From an uncultured virus (IMG/VR IMGVR_UViG_3300029319_000009) (Duplodnaviria > Heunggongvirae > Uroviricota > Caudoviricetes), in IMG/VR virus record IMGVR_UViG_3300029319_000009: a stretch of DNA of 64,000 bases; one strand, 5' to 3'. The notes under the pieces are model-generated. The model saw nothing but the letters and a program-made list of their open reading frames with translations. It did no database searches and had not been told where the DNA came from. Position numbers and translations under genes: made by a program. Positions 54,822 to 64,000 of the stretch are shown here, piece after piece (positions within the stretch are counted from its first letter, which is position 1; every line of letters starts with the position of its first letter).

Positions 54822-56284
54822 TGGCTATTAAAAGATTCTTTGCTACCAAAGACAACACAATAACAAACGCGTTTAAAGAAAGCCTAACAACTCGTGGTAC
54901 TGGCTCTAACATGGGAGCTTCAGACATACTAGAGGTTTTTAGTATTTATGGTCAAGCATCCTCAGCTTCAAATGAGTTATCTAGAGTTTTGATAGAGTTT
55001 GACACAGCCGCCATCGCCGCTTCAAGAACCGCAGGCACTATACCAGCGTCTGGTTCCGTTGACTTTTTTCTGCGTATGTATGATGCCGAACATGTTGAAT
55101 CAACTCCAAAAGATTACACACTAACTATTGCTGCCATTTCACAATCGTGGAACGAGGGCACTGGCTTAGACATGAATAATTACACCGATCTAGGTGAGTC
55201 TAACTGGATAAAAGCTAACTCAACAACAAGTTGGACCGCACAAGGTGGAGACTTCTTAACTGGCTCAACAGACATTGAATTTTTTACATCAAAGGCATTC
55301 GAAGCGGGCACTGAAGACTTGTCTGTAAATGTTACAACAATCGTAGAAAACTGGCTTGACGGAGCCAAACCAAATTATGGTTTTGGTGTGTTTTTAACAT
55401 CGAGCCTTGAACAGTCTACAAAATCTTATTATACAAAGAAATTTTTTGCTAGAAATAGTGAGTATTTTCATCGCAGACCTGTGCTTGAAGCGCGCTTTAA
55501 TGATTTTAAAGGAGATGATAGTTCCAATTTTTACTTAAGTAGTTCACGAGCACCAGAGGATGACAATCTTAACACCCTCTACATGTACAATTATATTCGC
55601 GGACAATTGGTTGACATCCCGTCAGGCGACCCAATTTTAAGATTATTTTCAGGTTCTGAGGGTCCAACTGGAAGTGCTTTACAATTCCCAGAATCCGTTG
55701 GTGTGCCAACAGAGGGTCTAAATCGTGTTGGCAGTGGCAAACATTCAACAGGCATTTACAGCGCTAGCTTTGCCTTTAATTCATCCTCAATTACGACAGT
55801 ATACCCGGTATGGTATGATTCCAGTGACTCAGAGGAGCTTTTCACTGGCTCTGCTATTACAGTCAAGCCGCTTGAGACGGCAGCAGTTTACCCAATTAAA
55901 GATTGGGTTATCAACATTACAAATCTTAAAACAACCTATTCAACAAATGAAGTTGCAACTTTTAGACTTTATGTTAGGCCAAAAAATTGGAACCCCAATC
56001 TTTATACCGTTGCTCAAACAGAAATTGAGTCGACTCCGATTGAAAAAGCTTACTATAAACTCGATAGAGTAGTAGATAATTTTGAGGTCATTTCTTACGG
56101 AACAGGCAGCGGGAATGAATCCTACACCCAACTATCTTATGATGGCTCTGGAAACTATTTTGATTTAGATATGAGTATGCTACAAAGTGGGTACAGTTAT
56201 CAACTTACCTTCCTATTTAATCTAGTAGGCGAATACTCGGAACAGAGAGCTAAATTTAAGTTTAGGGTAAGTGATGGCGATTAA
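54821..56284 (+). CDS. Virion structural protein with DNRLRE/CBM96-like beta domain
   Basis: SRVLIEFD, SWNEG, W...GGDF, VTTIVENWLDG..NYG and RPVLE. It follows the wedge genes. Confidence 0.6.
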   Translation: MAIKRFFATKDNTITNAFKESLTTRGTGSNMGASDILEVFSIYGQASSASNELSRVLIEFDTAAIAASRTAGTIPASGSVDFFLRMYDAEHVESTPKDYTLTIAAISQSWNEGTGLDMNNYTDLGESNWIKANSTTSWTAQGGDFLTGSTDIEFFTSKAFEAGTEDLSVNVTTIVENWLDGAKPNYGFGVFLTSSLEQSTKSYYTKKFFARNSEYFHRRPVLEARFNDFKGDDSSNFYLSSSRAPEDDNLNTLYMYNYIRGQLVDIPSGDPILRLFSGSEGPTGSALQFPESVGVPTEGLNRVGSGKHSTGIYSASFAFNSSSITTVYPVWYDSSDSEELFTGSAITVKPLETAAVYPIKDWVINITNLKTTYSTNEVATFRLYVRPKNWNPNLYTVAQTEIESTPIEKAYYKLDRVVDNFEVISYGTGSGNESYTQLSYDGSGNYFDLDMSMLQSGYSYQLTFLFNLVGEYSEQRAKFKFRVSDGD

Positions 56285-59200
56285 AGATCTATTTTCAAAA
56301 CAAAAGTCACAGTCAGTAGAATTTAGAGGCGCTAATAAGAAAAGCGTTGATGAATTTAGACAAGACGTTGAATCTGGTGAAGAAATCAAACAGATAAGAA
56401 TCGAAGATTCTTTAGTAATCCCAGATTTAAATTATGCTAGCGCAAGCAGCTTTGTAAAGTATGGCTCAGCAAAGAAGTATTATGAGGACGCTATCAAGCG
56501 TATCTATTCTCAATATCCATACGACGGCTCAAACGCAGAAAAAATTGCGTTTAAGAACGAAATAACACAGCTTGAAAGATACATTTTAGATAATGAGTAC
56601 CCAAAATCAACTGGCTTTGCCGTTTTTTCACCAAATGGGTGGGGTTCTGACTCGTTAAATGATGAAGACTTTTATTTATCAGACACACTTGAATTTATCA
56701 CCGCAATCGGGTATAAAAAGAATCAAGTATTTGATACGACTGCTAAACAACAGCAAAGTTTTAGAATTGACTTTAGTGAAGGCAACACTGTAGAGTTCTG
56801 GTTAAAGAAGGGAGCTTTTGGTGTTACAAATAGTCGCGAAGCAATCTTTGATGTTCGCGATCCAGTTAATGCCTCCGCATCTTTCGGAGTGTTTTTATCA
56901 GGCTCGACCGGCGCGAGTAATTTATACGCGTATTACAATAATGCAAGTCACAATTTTATCTTAGATTTACCTACGGGCTTAACATCCACAGATTCAGATT
57001 GGCACCATTATGCTATTGCATACTCAAGAAATTCAAATGACTATGTTGCTAAACTTTACGTTGACGGAGAGTTTGCTGCGAGCAAAGCAAATACTAATGC
57101 AAATGTTCCAACAACAGGCGCTTTAAAACTAACACTCGGTGCTCTCGGCGGTGATTATTTTAACATTAATAGCGCCATCTCAGCCGGCTATGGCAAATTA
57201 TCAGGCTCTATTGATGAATTTAGATTTTGGCAAGAAACTAGAAATGCACAAGACATTGGTAGAAATTACTTTTCTATTGTAAATGGTGGCGGGAATACTG
57301 ATAAATTTAAAGTAAATGATGATAATCCACTTAAACTAAGCGCCTATTATAAATTTAATGAAGGCAAAACGGGAGCCGCAAGCACCGATGCGGTAGTATT
57401 AGATTACTCAGGTCGTTTAGTAAATGGCTCATGGACCGGCTACGTTGCCAGCAGTCGCGACACCGGGTCGGCTATTACACAAGCTGGTGTTGGAACAGAA
57501 ATTGGCGATCCAATTATTTACTCAGCACATCCAGACGTTGTAATCCTTTCTAATAATTTGGAAGCGTCAGGCACACAATATGATGTAGAAAATGTAGGCA
57601 GTCTACAAGACTCTATGCCACTTTGGATTTTAGACGAGGATAATAATAGTGGGGGCCAATTAGCTAATCTTTTACAGGTAATGGGCAGCTATCTTGACTC
57701 ACTCTACTTGCAAGTAACACAAATTCCAAAGTTTCATGAAGCCAATTACCAAATTAATAATAATGTGGCAGCAAATCCACACAACAACAGACTATTGACT
57801 TCACTTGGATTTGATGTCCCAGAAATTTTCATTGATAAACAAGTATTAGAGACAATTACAAACCAAGACGACAAAAGAAAGTTTGAAGATAAATTAAATG
57901 AAATTAAAAATTTAATTTACAAAAACATTTACAACAACCTAACTTACATTAACAAGTCAAAAGGTACAACTAAATCAGTAAGAAACTTACTAAGGTGCTA
58001 TGGTGTTGACGATGATTTGTTTAACTTTAATGTTTATGCGGATCAGGCACAATACTTTTTAGAGGATGATTTTAAAAATTCTTCAATAAAGTTTGACTCA
58101 CTTGATTTGACACCATTTGTTAATGCTGGAAATAGCGAAGGTGTAATTTACAACTTCAGTGAAACTGGAAATGTAAATTCATCACCATTCATCTCAGGGT
58201 CTACAGATACTGAATTAGGGTTCACTGCACAAGCAAATGTGATTTTTCCAAAAACGCCGCCAAATTATAAAGATGATTTAAGTTTGACGGACCCAGCTAT
58301 TGTAACTGCTTCTGTTTTTGGTATCAGAGAGGCATTTAATTCAAACTCAACAACGGTTCCAGATCCTGATGACGCTAATTTATCTGTTCGTGTTATTAAA
58401 GATGACAACACTGCTAAATTCCAATTAAGCTCCTCAATAGGGTCTGGATTTCTTTTAGAGTCGGATCGTTTTTATGATGTTTATGATAATTCAAGATGGA
58501 GTTTGTCAGTTAGGGTAAAATACAATGCAGATCCATTTAACGATGTTTTTACAGGAAAAAATTACACTGTAGAATTTAATGGTTATAACTACATTCAAGA
58601 TATTCAACAGAACTCTTTTTCATTGTCTAGTAGTGTTGTTAACGTAACAGGCGCCTTGTTTGTTGCCGCAGATAAAAGAGTATACGCCGGATCTGAAAGA
58701 ACAAATATAACTGGTGCTTTGCAACATAGAGCAAACATGAAACTATTGTCTGTTCTTGCTTGGGCTGATTATGTTGAAGATGTGGAACTACAATCACACG
58801 CAAGAGATGTAACATCATTTGGTCGCGCCCGACCTTATAAAAATAGTTTTATTTTTAATGGTGATTTAGACAAAAATTATATTCCAAAGTTTGATACTTT
58901 GGCTATGAACTTGGCGTTTAATCAAGTTACGTCTTCTGATGCTGCGGGAAAATTTACAGTCCCAGATCTAGCTTCAGGCTCAATAAACTTAATTGATAAA
59001 TACGCTGATTACTCAAAAATTGTAAGTATTCAAAACACCGCACAAGGTGCTAACTTCCCAGCGTCTTCAGATGTGAAAGACATTCAATACTTGAACATAA
59101 GCACACAGCAAATCCCAGAGAATCTAAACACAGACAACATGATTCAGATTCTTGAGAATGACGATGATCTATTCTTCTTAGATAACAGACCAGTCAAGTA

Positions 59201-62200
59201 CTTCTTCTCATTAGAAGCAAGTATGTATGATACAATTTCAAGAGAAATGCTAAAAACATTTGCAGGTGTCCTTGATTATGCTTCAATGATTGGTTCTCCT
59301 GTTGTTGATTATCAGGTCTTTAATAAAGAGTTGAGAATAGCTAGAGAAAACTTTTACGAGAGGGTAGAAAACACTCCAGATTTAGAAAAATACGTCAGTC
59401 TTTACAAGTTTTTAGATAGTGCAATCGAAAGCGTTCTTTTCAACTTGATGCCGGCGTCTGCTAACTCATCAGATAGAGTTAGAACAATGGTTGAGAGCCA
59501 CATTTTTGAAAGAAATTCAACTCTAAGACCATTACCACCAGGAAAAAAGCTGGATTCGGGCGACAAATACAATGGTAAAAATCTAAAGGTTGGTCCGTTT
59601 ATCAACCCAGCCGCTGGCTTAACTCCTTCAAGCAACTTCTACGTTCCCTCTGATGATGGAAAACCACAAGACCCAGTTGGCGGCGCAACTTTTGACGTTG
59701 TGGACGTATCAGCGGGTATAGAAGTTAACCCAGGATCTTTTGACGTTGATACTCCTGATTTTGTACCATTTAAAAGTTCTAAAAGTGAAGCAAGTAAGAC
59801 AAATTTAGATATTGATTTAGATCAGTTTACTAAAAAGACTGTTAATGGTGCAACAGACACAGATGGTTTAAATGCTTATTACAAAATCAGAGCAAAAAGA
59901 ACACAGGCAGACATCGCATCGGCTACTGAAGGTGAACAACTATCTAGAAACTCAATTCATTCTGTGAAGCAGAGAGCCAAGTTCTTAGAACAATCTAGAG
60001 CAGGTAGAATTAAGGGTGAAATTTTAAGTAATCAAATTGGTAAAGATGATAGCTCAACTAGAAGTTCAAATGTAATTCTTCCAGTTGTGCAAAAAGAGGA
60101 AGCAAAAAATCTTTTAATTTTAACAAAGAGAACGGATCCAACGCCAACAGAAGCATTGATTAAGAAGTTTGTTTCTTATGACACAGAGATTTCAGAATCC
60201 ACATCAGACCTAAGCGAACTTAAATTAACACAAAATAATTTACCAGTTAAATTTACAAACGCACAAAAAAGTAGCTTTTTTGGAGAAAGTAGCGCCAGTA
60301 TTCATGGCCATCACACCGATACATATTACAATGTGCAAGAGCCGTTACAAGGCCCCTTTACAGAACAGCACGTCGGCGGCTATGAGCACAGACATACGGA
60401 AGTGGGGCAGACCACAGACAGACCAGAGTTGTACAAAATCGATGCCAAATCAAATACACAAGTTGCCATTTTTAACCCACGAACAGATAGTGCAGCTTCC
60501 TCTTACAACTTTAACACTCCAAGGGTTAAGTTTTCTAGAGACGAACTGGTTAAGAGAGTTTACAATACTAAAAATATTAAGAATACCACTGGTTCTACAA
60601 TTTTTGGAAACTTTGATAAGAACTATGAAGTAGTCCATACAAATGGTAGAAAAGAAAATAATTTTGCGTTTGTACAACAAAACGGTTTTAGTGTAACCGG
60701 CTCTGAGTCAGAAGCAGTCAGCGGTACCATTGACTTTACATTGCCAAGTAGAAAATTGAGAGATGGTACATTTAATAAGACTGTCATTGTAAGTAGATTC
60801 TCATCCCCAGGAGAAGTTGCAACTTTAAGTGAAGGGTATTTAGACGTTGAATCTGCCGAATACAGTCCATATAATGCGCTACCTTATAGAAACAGAGAGG
60901 CTGTCAATAATTTAAACGACTTTTTGAAAACGCCATCAGCTTTTGGCGGGTTTCAATCAGACTCAACAACAACTGCCTCATTTCACAAAGTTCAAAGAAA
61001 CAGAGTGGACAGGATTAAGACTAACTCATCTGGTGTTCAAATTACAAGTTCGTTTGAAGACAATGGATTTTACAACTATCAAATTCCACAAAAAGATTTT
61101 GGATACTGGTGGATCAGTTCCTCAGCAGATGCTTCCTTATCGATGGATGCCGTGTTTGGTTTTGCTACAAGTTCAGATGGTATCACATTTCATAGCGGCG
61201 CCCTAAGAGGGGAAAGCGAAAATACATTTATCAACTTTGCCTACTACTCAGCAGATAATATTGGCGTGGATGGTTTTCATTATGAAATAGATGAGCATCA
61301 AAATTTAATTCAAGCACCAACGGCGTATACAGATGGCACCAGACCAACCTCAACTAGTATTTACTTTTTAAATTTAAATGGACCTTATGGGTTCCCAACA
61401 TACAAACAAGGAAGAAACGCCCAGCACCCAGTTGCTAGATACTTAAAAAATAATAACTTTATTTCTGCCAGAGTTGATGGTGGTACAAGAGTTCAGCACG
61501 CCCCAGTATCAACAAAGTACAAGCCAGTTATACACTTGTTAAGAAGTGAGGAAAGAGTTGGCGACTCTACCGTAGAAAAAGATTTAATTTTAACCTACCC
61601 TTTTGCCTCTGAGTTTGATTACTATGGTGATTACTATGACACGGTAAACGATAAATTGGCAAACGTTTTTGACAAAAACTTTAAAACTGTAGATAAAACA
61701 AACTCGCTATTTTACAACATTTCAGGTCTTTACACAGGCAAATCTGTTTTAAACAAGGTGCGTAAAATTAGCTTAACCTCTCTTTTTTATGGAGAAACAG
61801 TTTATCCAAAGGAAACAAATGCTTATCTTTCAAAATCAAGAGATAGAAGTAGATTTGTGTTCAATTGGAGAGATTCGCTAGATAATAGAGTCGCAAAACT
61901 AAATGGATCACAAGAGGGTAACAATTATCAACCTTTCTCACTTTGGCCAATGGATGTTGGTCAAGACGCTTCAGTCGCTTCTCATCGCGGCGAATTGATG
62001 AATATTAATCAAGAGCCAGGACAAACACTTGGCAATTTGAACGTTAGATTCGGCAGATACCAATTAAACAATCTCACCGTAGGTGATTATACTCATGTGA
62101 CTGCTAGTTCTCCAAGAAATACAGTACAATTTGGAGCCAACGATTCTGCTGGCCAAGGTGCTTTTGACGATAATTATTCAATTTGGAATAGCCAAATAAG

Positions 62201-64000
62201 AGTTATAGCAAAAGACCACTCAATTGTGCCAGAGTATAAAATTTCTGAACATATTGGTGATATTATTGATAACGGTTATGATATATCTAATGACAGTTAT
62301 CAATCCTTATCACTAACAGGCAGTCAGACAACAAGCAGTAATGAAATTTTCTTAGAGACATACGCTCACTCTGATGACATTCCAGCAATTGAAATTGTAA
62401 GAAACATTCAAGAAAGGGACGCTAAGAGAATCTCAATCAATTTAAGCGCAGCTAAAAAGCTACTACCATATGATGGTTTTTATCCCTCACAAAGAACTTT
62501 ACAGTTGTCAACTTTGTTTAGTTCATCAATTGGCCCCAATGTGAGACTAGAAGGGCCAGCAAAAACTTTTCAAACATTAAACAATGTTATATTTTCTAGA
62601 TTGACGTATGGTTCAATCAGGGCGGGGGTCGCCATTGATAGTGCCAATTGGATAAGTGGAAGCATAACAAATCCAGCAGACGCAGCAGAGTTAAACACAA
62701 GCTCTGCCGATCAAAGATGGAATAGAATCCCCTTTGAGGCTATTATAGATCCAGCAACACACATAAACGCAACTTCCTCAATTATTGAAAATGACTTTGA
62801 GAACCATTTTAATTCTACGGCATCTGTTGGATACATTGATCCAAAATATGCTGTGGCAGCATCAAACTTTTATGCTGGCGTGGTGGATACTTTTGTTCAG
62901 AACTCAACTTTAACATCGATTAAGAGCAGACCAGCATCAGAATGGACCTTTTCACAGGGCAATTTTGATAACTACTCAATGGACATTGTGGTTTCTAAAG
63001 AACCAAATTTTACAAATCATGATGATCCATCAGCGAATGGTTTCCCATATGCTGTACACTCTTGTTTTTATCAGTCACAAACTTCTTCTCTTACAACTTG
63101 GAATGGTCAGTTCGGATCAGTTTCAAATTCAAGGGTTGAGGGATTAATAGATCCAGCAGCCTCATGGGCTCAAAACGAAGCAATTGTTACATTAAATTTT
63201 GATTATAATTCTTTCAGAGCAGCCGTAACGGAAAGAGATCCCACTTTGAATGATATCTTATACTACTCAACAAAGACATATAAGAACAAGCAAATGGTCG
63301 ACCAGCAATTAGCAGCAACATACGGCTATGGAGAATCATCAATTAATTCAAGCTCCCCATTCATGACTATTGAAGCCGGCGTTGATTTGTTTGCTTCAAA
63401 TAATAAATCGCAGTGGACACCAACTTTAAGATGGGAATGCCCAGTTCACAACTACGTCGGAGTAACAGCAATTAAGTATGATGGAACTGATGGTGGTAAT
63501 GGAAAAGCGGAATCGGACATCAATAGAGGAGTTTGGCATCAGTATTCAACCGATACAAATAGTGGGCTGAAGTTGTTTGTAAGAGGGCCAGAGACAGAGG
63601 TGGCTAGAGCCACTGGATCTTTAGCTCAGGCAGTTGGTTTTGAAACAGAACAAAAGGTTGTAAGCCAAATAGCAACCAGCGCACAATTAAAAGAATACTT
63701 AATTGTTGTACCATTTGTAACTAACGAGTGCGAGGAAGAAACATTCTTCCATTATCCAACAAATGAGTTTGAGAGGGCGTATGCAAACATTGGTAAAGAG
63801 ACTAGAAATACTTTATCAGACATGCTAGCAACGCAAAGAGAATTGATTTTACCACCTAAATTAAACTACATGATGAAAAGAGATTCATCAAATCGCAGGC
63901 TAGAACAGGATGAGTACGGTCCAATTTTACCACCTTTTGCAATGTATATTTTTGAAGTAACTCAAGATTTGGACCAAGAAGACTTGTCAAAATGGTGGCA
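56274..64000 (+). CDS. Giant (>2,570 aa) tail/baseplate protein with LamG/concanavalin-like domain(s), partial
   Basis: ATG 56274 gives MAIKDLFSKQK..., and the same frame at the window end reads ...PFAMYIFEVTQDLDQEDLSKWW. It is absent from the ORF track, consistent with no stop before the end. LamG motifs VEFWLK, WHHYA, LYVDG and GSIDEFRFW at ~56790-57240. Confidence 0.85.
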   Translation, partial: MAIKDLFSKQKSQSVEFRGANKKSVDEFRQDVESGEEIKQIRIEDSLVIPDLNYASASSFVKYGSAKKYYEDAIKRIYSQYPYDGSNAEKIAFKNEITQLERYILDNEYPKSTGFAVFSPNGWGSDSLNDEDFYLSDTLEFITAIGYKKNQVFDTTAKQQQSFRIDFSEGNTVEFWLKKGAFGVTNSREAIFDVRDPVNASASFGVFLSGSTGASNLYAYYNNASHNFILDLPTGLTSTDSDWHHYAIAYSRNSNDYVAKLYVDGEFAASKANTNANVPTTGALKLTLGALGGDYFNINSAISAGYGKLSGSIDEFRFWQETRNAQDIGRNYFSIVNGGGNTDKFKVNDDNPLKLSAYYKFNEGKTGAASTDAVVLDYSGRLVNGSWTGYVASSRDTGSAITQAGVGTEIGDPIIYSAHPDVVILSNNLEASGTQYDVENVGSLQDSMPLWILDEDNNSGGQLANLLQVMGSYLDSLYLQVTQIPKFHEANYQINNNVAANPHNNRLLTSLGFDVPEIFIDKQVLETITNQDDKRKFEDKLNEIKNLIYKNIYNNLTYINKSKGTTKSVRNLLRCYGVDDDLFNFNVYADQAQYFLEDDFKNSSIKFDSLDLTPFVNAGNSEGVIYNFSETGNVNSSPFISGSTDTELGFTAQANVIFPKTPPNYKDDLSLTDPAIVTASVFGIREAFNSNSTTVPDPDDANLSVRVIKDDNTAKFQLSSSIGSGFLLESDRFYDVYDNSRWSLSVRVKYNADPFNDVFTGKNYTVEFNGYNYIQDIQQNSFSLSSSVVNVTGALFVAADKRVYAGSERTNITGALQHRANMKLLSVLAWADYVEDVELQSHARDVTSFGRARPYKNSFIFNGDLDKNYIPKFDTLAMNLAFNQVTSSDAAGKFTVPDLASGSINLIDKYADYSKIVSIQNTAQGANFPASSDVKDIQYLNISTQQIPENLNTDNMIQILENDDDLFFLDNRPVKYFFSLEASMYDTISREMLKTFAGVLDYASMIGSPVVDYQVFNKELRIARENFYERVENTPDLEKYVSLYKFLDSAIESVLFNLMPASANSSDRVRTMVESHIFERNSTLRPLPPGKKLDSGDKYNGKNLKVGPFINPAAGLTPSSNFYVPSDDGKPQDPVGGATFDVVDVSAGIEVNPGSFDVDTPDFVPFKSSKSEASKTNLDIDLDQFTKKTVNGATDTDGLNAYYKIRAKRTQADIASATEGEQLSRNSIHSVKQRAKFLEQSRAGRIKGEILSNQIGKDDSSTRSSNVILPVVQKEEAKNLLILTKRTDPTPTEALIKKFVSYDTEISESTSDLSELKLTQNNLPVKFTNAQKSSFFGESSASIHGHHTDTYYNVQEPLQGPFTEQHVGGYEHRHTEVGQTTDRPELYKIDAKSNTQVAIFNPRTDSAASSYNFNTPRVKFSRDELVKRVYNTKNIKNTTGSTIFGNFDKNYEVVHTNGRKENNFAFVQQNGFSVTGSESEAVSGTIDFTLPSRKLRDGTFNKTVIVSRFSSPGEVATLSEGYLDVESAEYSPYNALPYRNREAVNNLNDFLKTPSAFGGFQSDSTTTASFHKVQRNRVDRIKTNSSGVQITSSFEDNGFYNYQIPQKDFGYWWISSSADASLSMDAVFGFATSSDGITFHSGALRGESENTFINFAYYSADNIGVDGFHYEIDEHQNLIQAPTAYTDGTRPTSTSIYFLNLNGPYGFPTYKQGRNAQHPVARYLKNNNFISARVDGGTRVQHAPVSTKYKPVIHLLRSEERVGDSTVEKDLILTYPFASEFDYYGDYYDTVNDKLANVFDKNFKTVDKTNSLFYNISGLYTGKSVLNKVRKISLTSLFYGETVYPKETNAYLSKSRDRSRFVFNWRDSLDNRVAKLNGSQEGNNYQPFSLWPMDVGQDASVASHRGELMNINQEPGQTLGNLNVRFGRYQLNNLTVGDYTHVTASSPRNTVQFGANDSAGQGAFDDNYSIWNSQIRVIAKDHSIVPEYKISEHIGDIIDNGYDISNDSYQSLSLTGSQTTSSNEIFLETYAHSDDIPAIEIVRNIQERDAKRISINLSAAKKLLPYDGFYPSQRTLQLSTLFSSSIGPNVRLEGPAKTFQTLNNVIFSRLTYGSIRAGVAIDSANWISGSITNPADAAELNTSSADQRWNRIPFEAIIDPATHINATSSIIENDFENHFNSTASVGYIDPKYAVAASNFYAGVVDTFVQNSTLTSIKSRPASEWTFSQGNFDNYSMDIVVSKEPNFTNHDDPSANGFPYAVHSCFYQSQTSSLTTWNGQFGSVSNSRVEGLIDPAASWAQNEAIVTLNFDYNSFRAAVTERDPTLNDILYYSTKTYKNKQMVDQQLAATYGYGESSINSSSPFMTIEAGVDLFASNNKSQWTPTLRWECPVHNYVGVTAIKYDGTDGGNGKAESDINRGVWHQYSTDTNSGLKLFVRGPETEVARATGSLAQAVGFETEQKVVSQIATSAQLKEYLIVVPFVTNECEEETFFHYPTNEFERAYANIGKETRNTLSDMLATQRELILPPKLNYMMKRDSSNRRLEQDEYGPILPPFAMYIFEVTQDLDQEDLSKWW

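Noticed and set aside
947..63147. The many 60-170 aa minus-strand and alternate-frame ORFs in the track
   Set aside because: They lie wholly within longer + strand genes, have no recognisable motifs or SD, and show antisense-shadow composition.
1..64000. Alternative genetic code (stop-codon reassignment, as in some jumbo phages)
   Set aside because: ORFs are long and tightly packed in the standard code. TAA, TAG and TGA all end genes right at the next start.
43576..64000. Bacterial contractile injection system (eCIS/T6SS/tailocin) rather than phage
   Set aside because: The context includes a phage-type sigma, head-protein-like genes, PhoH and a Cas4-like nuclease, with no bacterial housekeeping context.
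1..64000. Eukaryotic giant virus (NCLDV) origin, suggested by the glycosylation genes
   Set aside because: Peptidoglycan hydrolases, SD sequences, sigma70-type promoters, overlapping operonic genes and T4-like baseplate genes all indicate a bacteriophage.
1..64000. tRNA/ncRNA genes, intrinsic terminators, introns or inteins
   Set aside because: Intergenic gaps are too short for them, and I saw no cloverleaf, GC hairpin plus U-tract, or intein motifs by eye. tRNAscan-SE/Infernal would be needed to exclude them formally.

Overview
This window reads as a 64 kb piece of a large, AT-rich, tailed (myovirus-like, probably jumbo) bacteriophage genome. After position 511 it is coded almost entirely on the + strand, in the standard code, with genes abutting or overlapping. 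Assignments come from motifs read by eye; no database search was possible. There are four blocks. (1) ~0.5-12.9 kb: putative late head or internal proteins. Many carry short N-terminal or internal segments ending in L/I-x-E, like T4 capsid-targeting and prohead-protease sites. These segments are attached to enzyme modules: an SGNH esterase + peptidoglycan-binding + lytic transglycosylase fusion, a Pol-beta nucleotidyltransferase, a KxDG ligase-like domain, a HIGH nucleotidyltransferase and an HExxH domain. Four of these genes have TATTTA starting exactly 10 nt before the ATG. (2) ~14-19 kb: a block with sigma70-type promoters containing short purA, clpP, PIN-PhoH, a metallopeptidase-like gene and a Cas4-like nuclease. 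(3) ~19.3-42.1 kb: about 24 glycan-biosynthesis and modification genes, with no flippase, polymerase or lipid-carrier transferase. They include GT4/GT2 glycosyltransferases, a carbamoyltransferase, gmd, a DegT aminotransferase, an SIS-HAD fusion, a CMP-sugar synthetase, methyltransferases, a radical SAM enzyme, an epimerase and a nucleotide-sugar dehydrogenase. (4) ~42.5-64 kb: a phage sigma factor followed by baseplate/tail genes. These are an M15-peptidase hub-like protein, a spike-like protein, gp25-like, gp6-like, a DNRLRE-like protein and a >2,500 aa LamG protein that runs off the window and is missing from the ORF track. The strongest hypotheses are a protease-processed, capsid-packaged enzyme cargo system, and a phage-encoded virion glycosylation system that may target [S/T]-[G/A/S]-S motifs enriched in the tail proteins.
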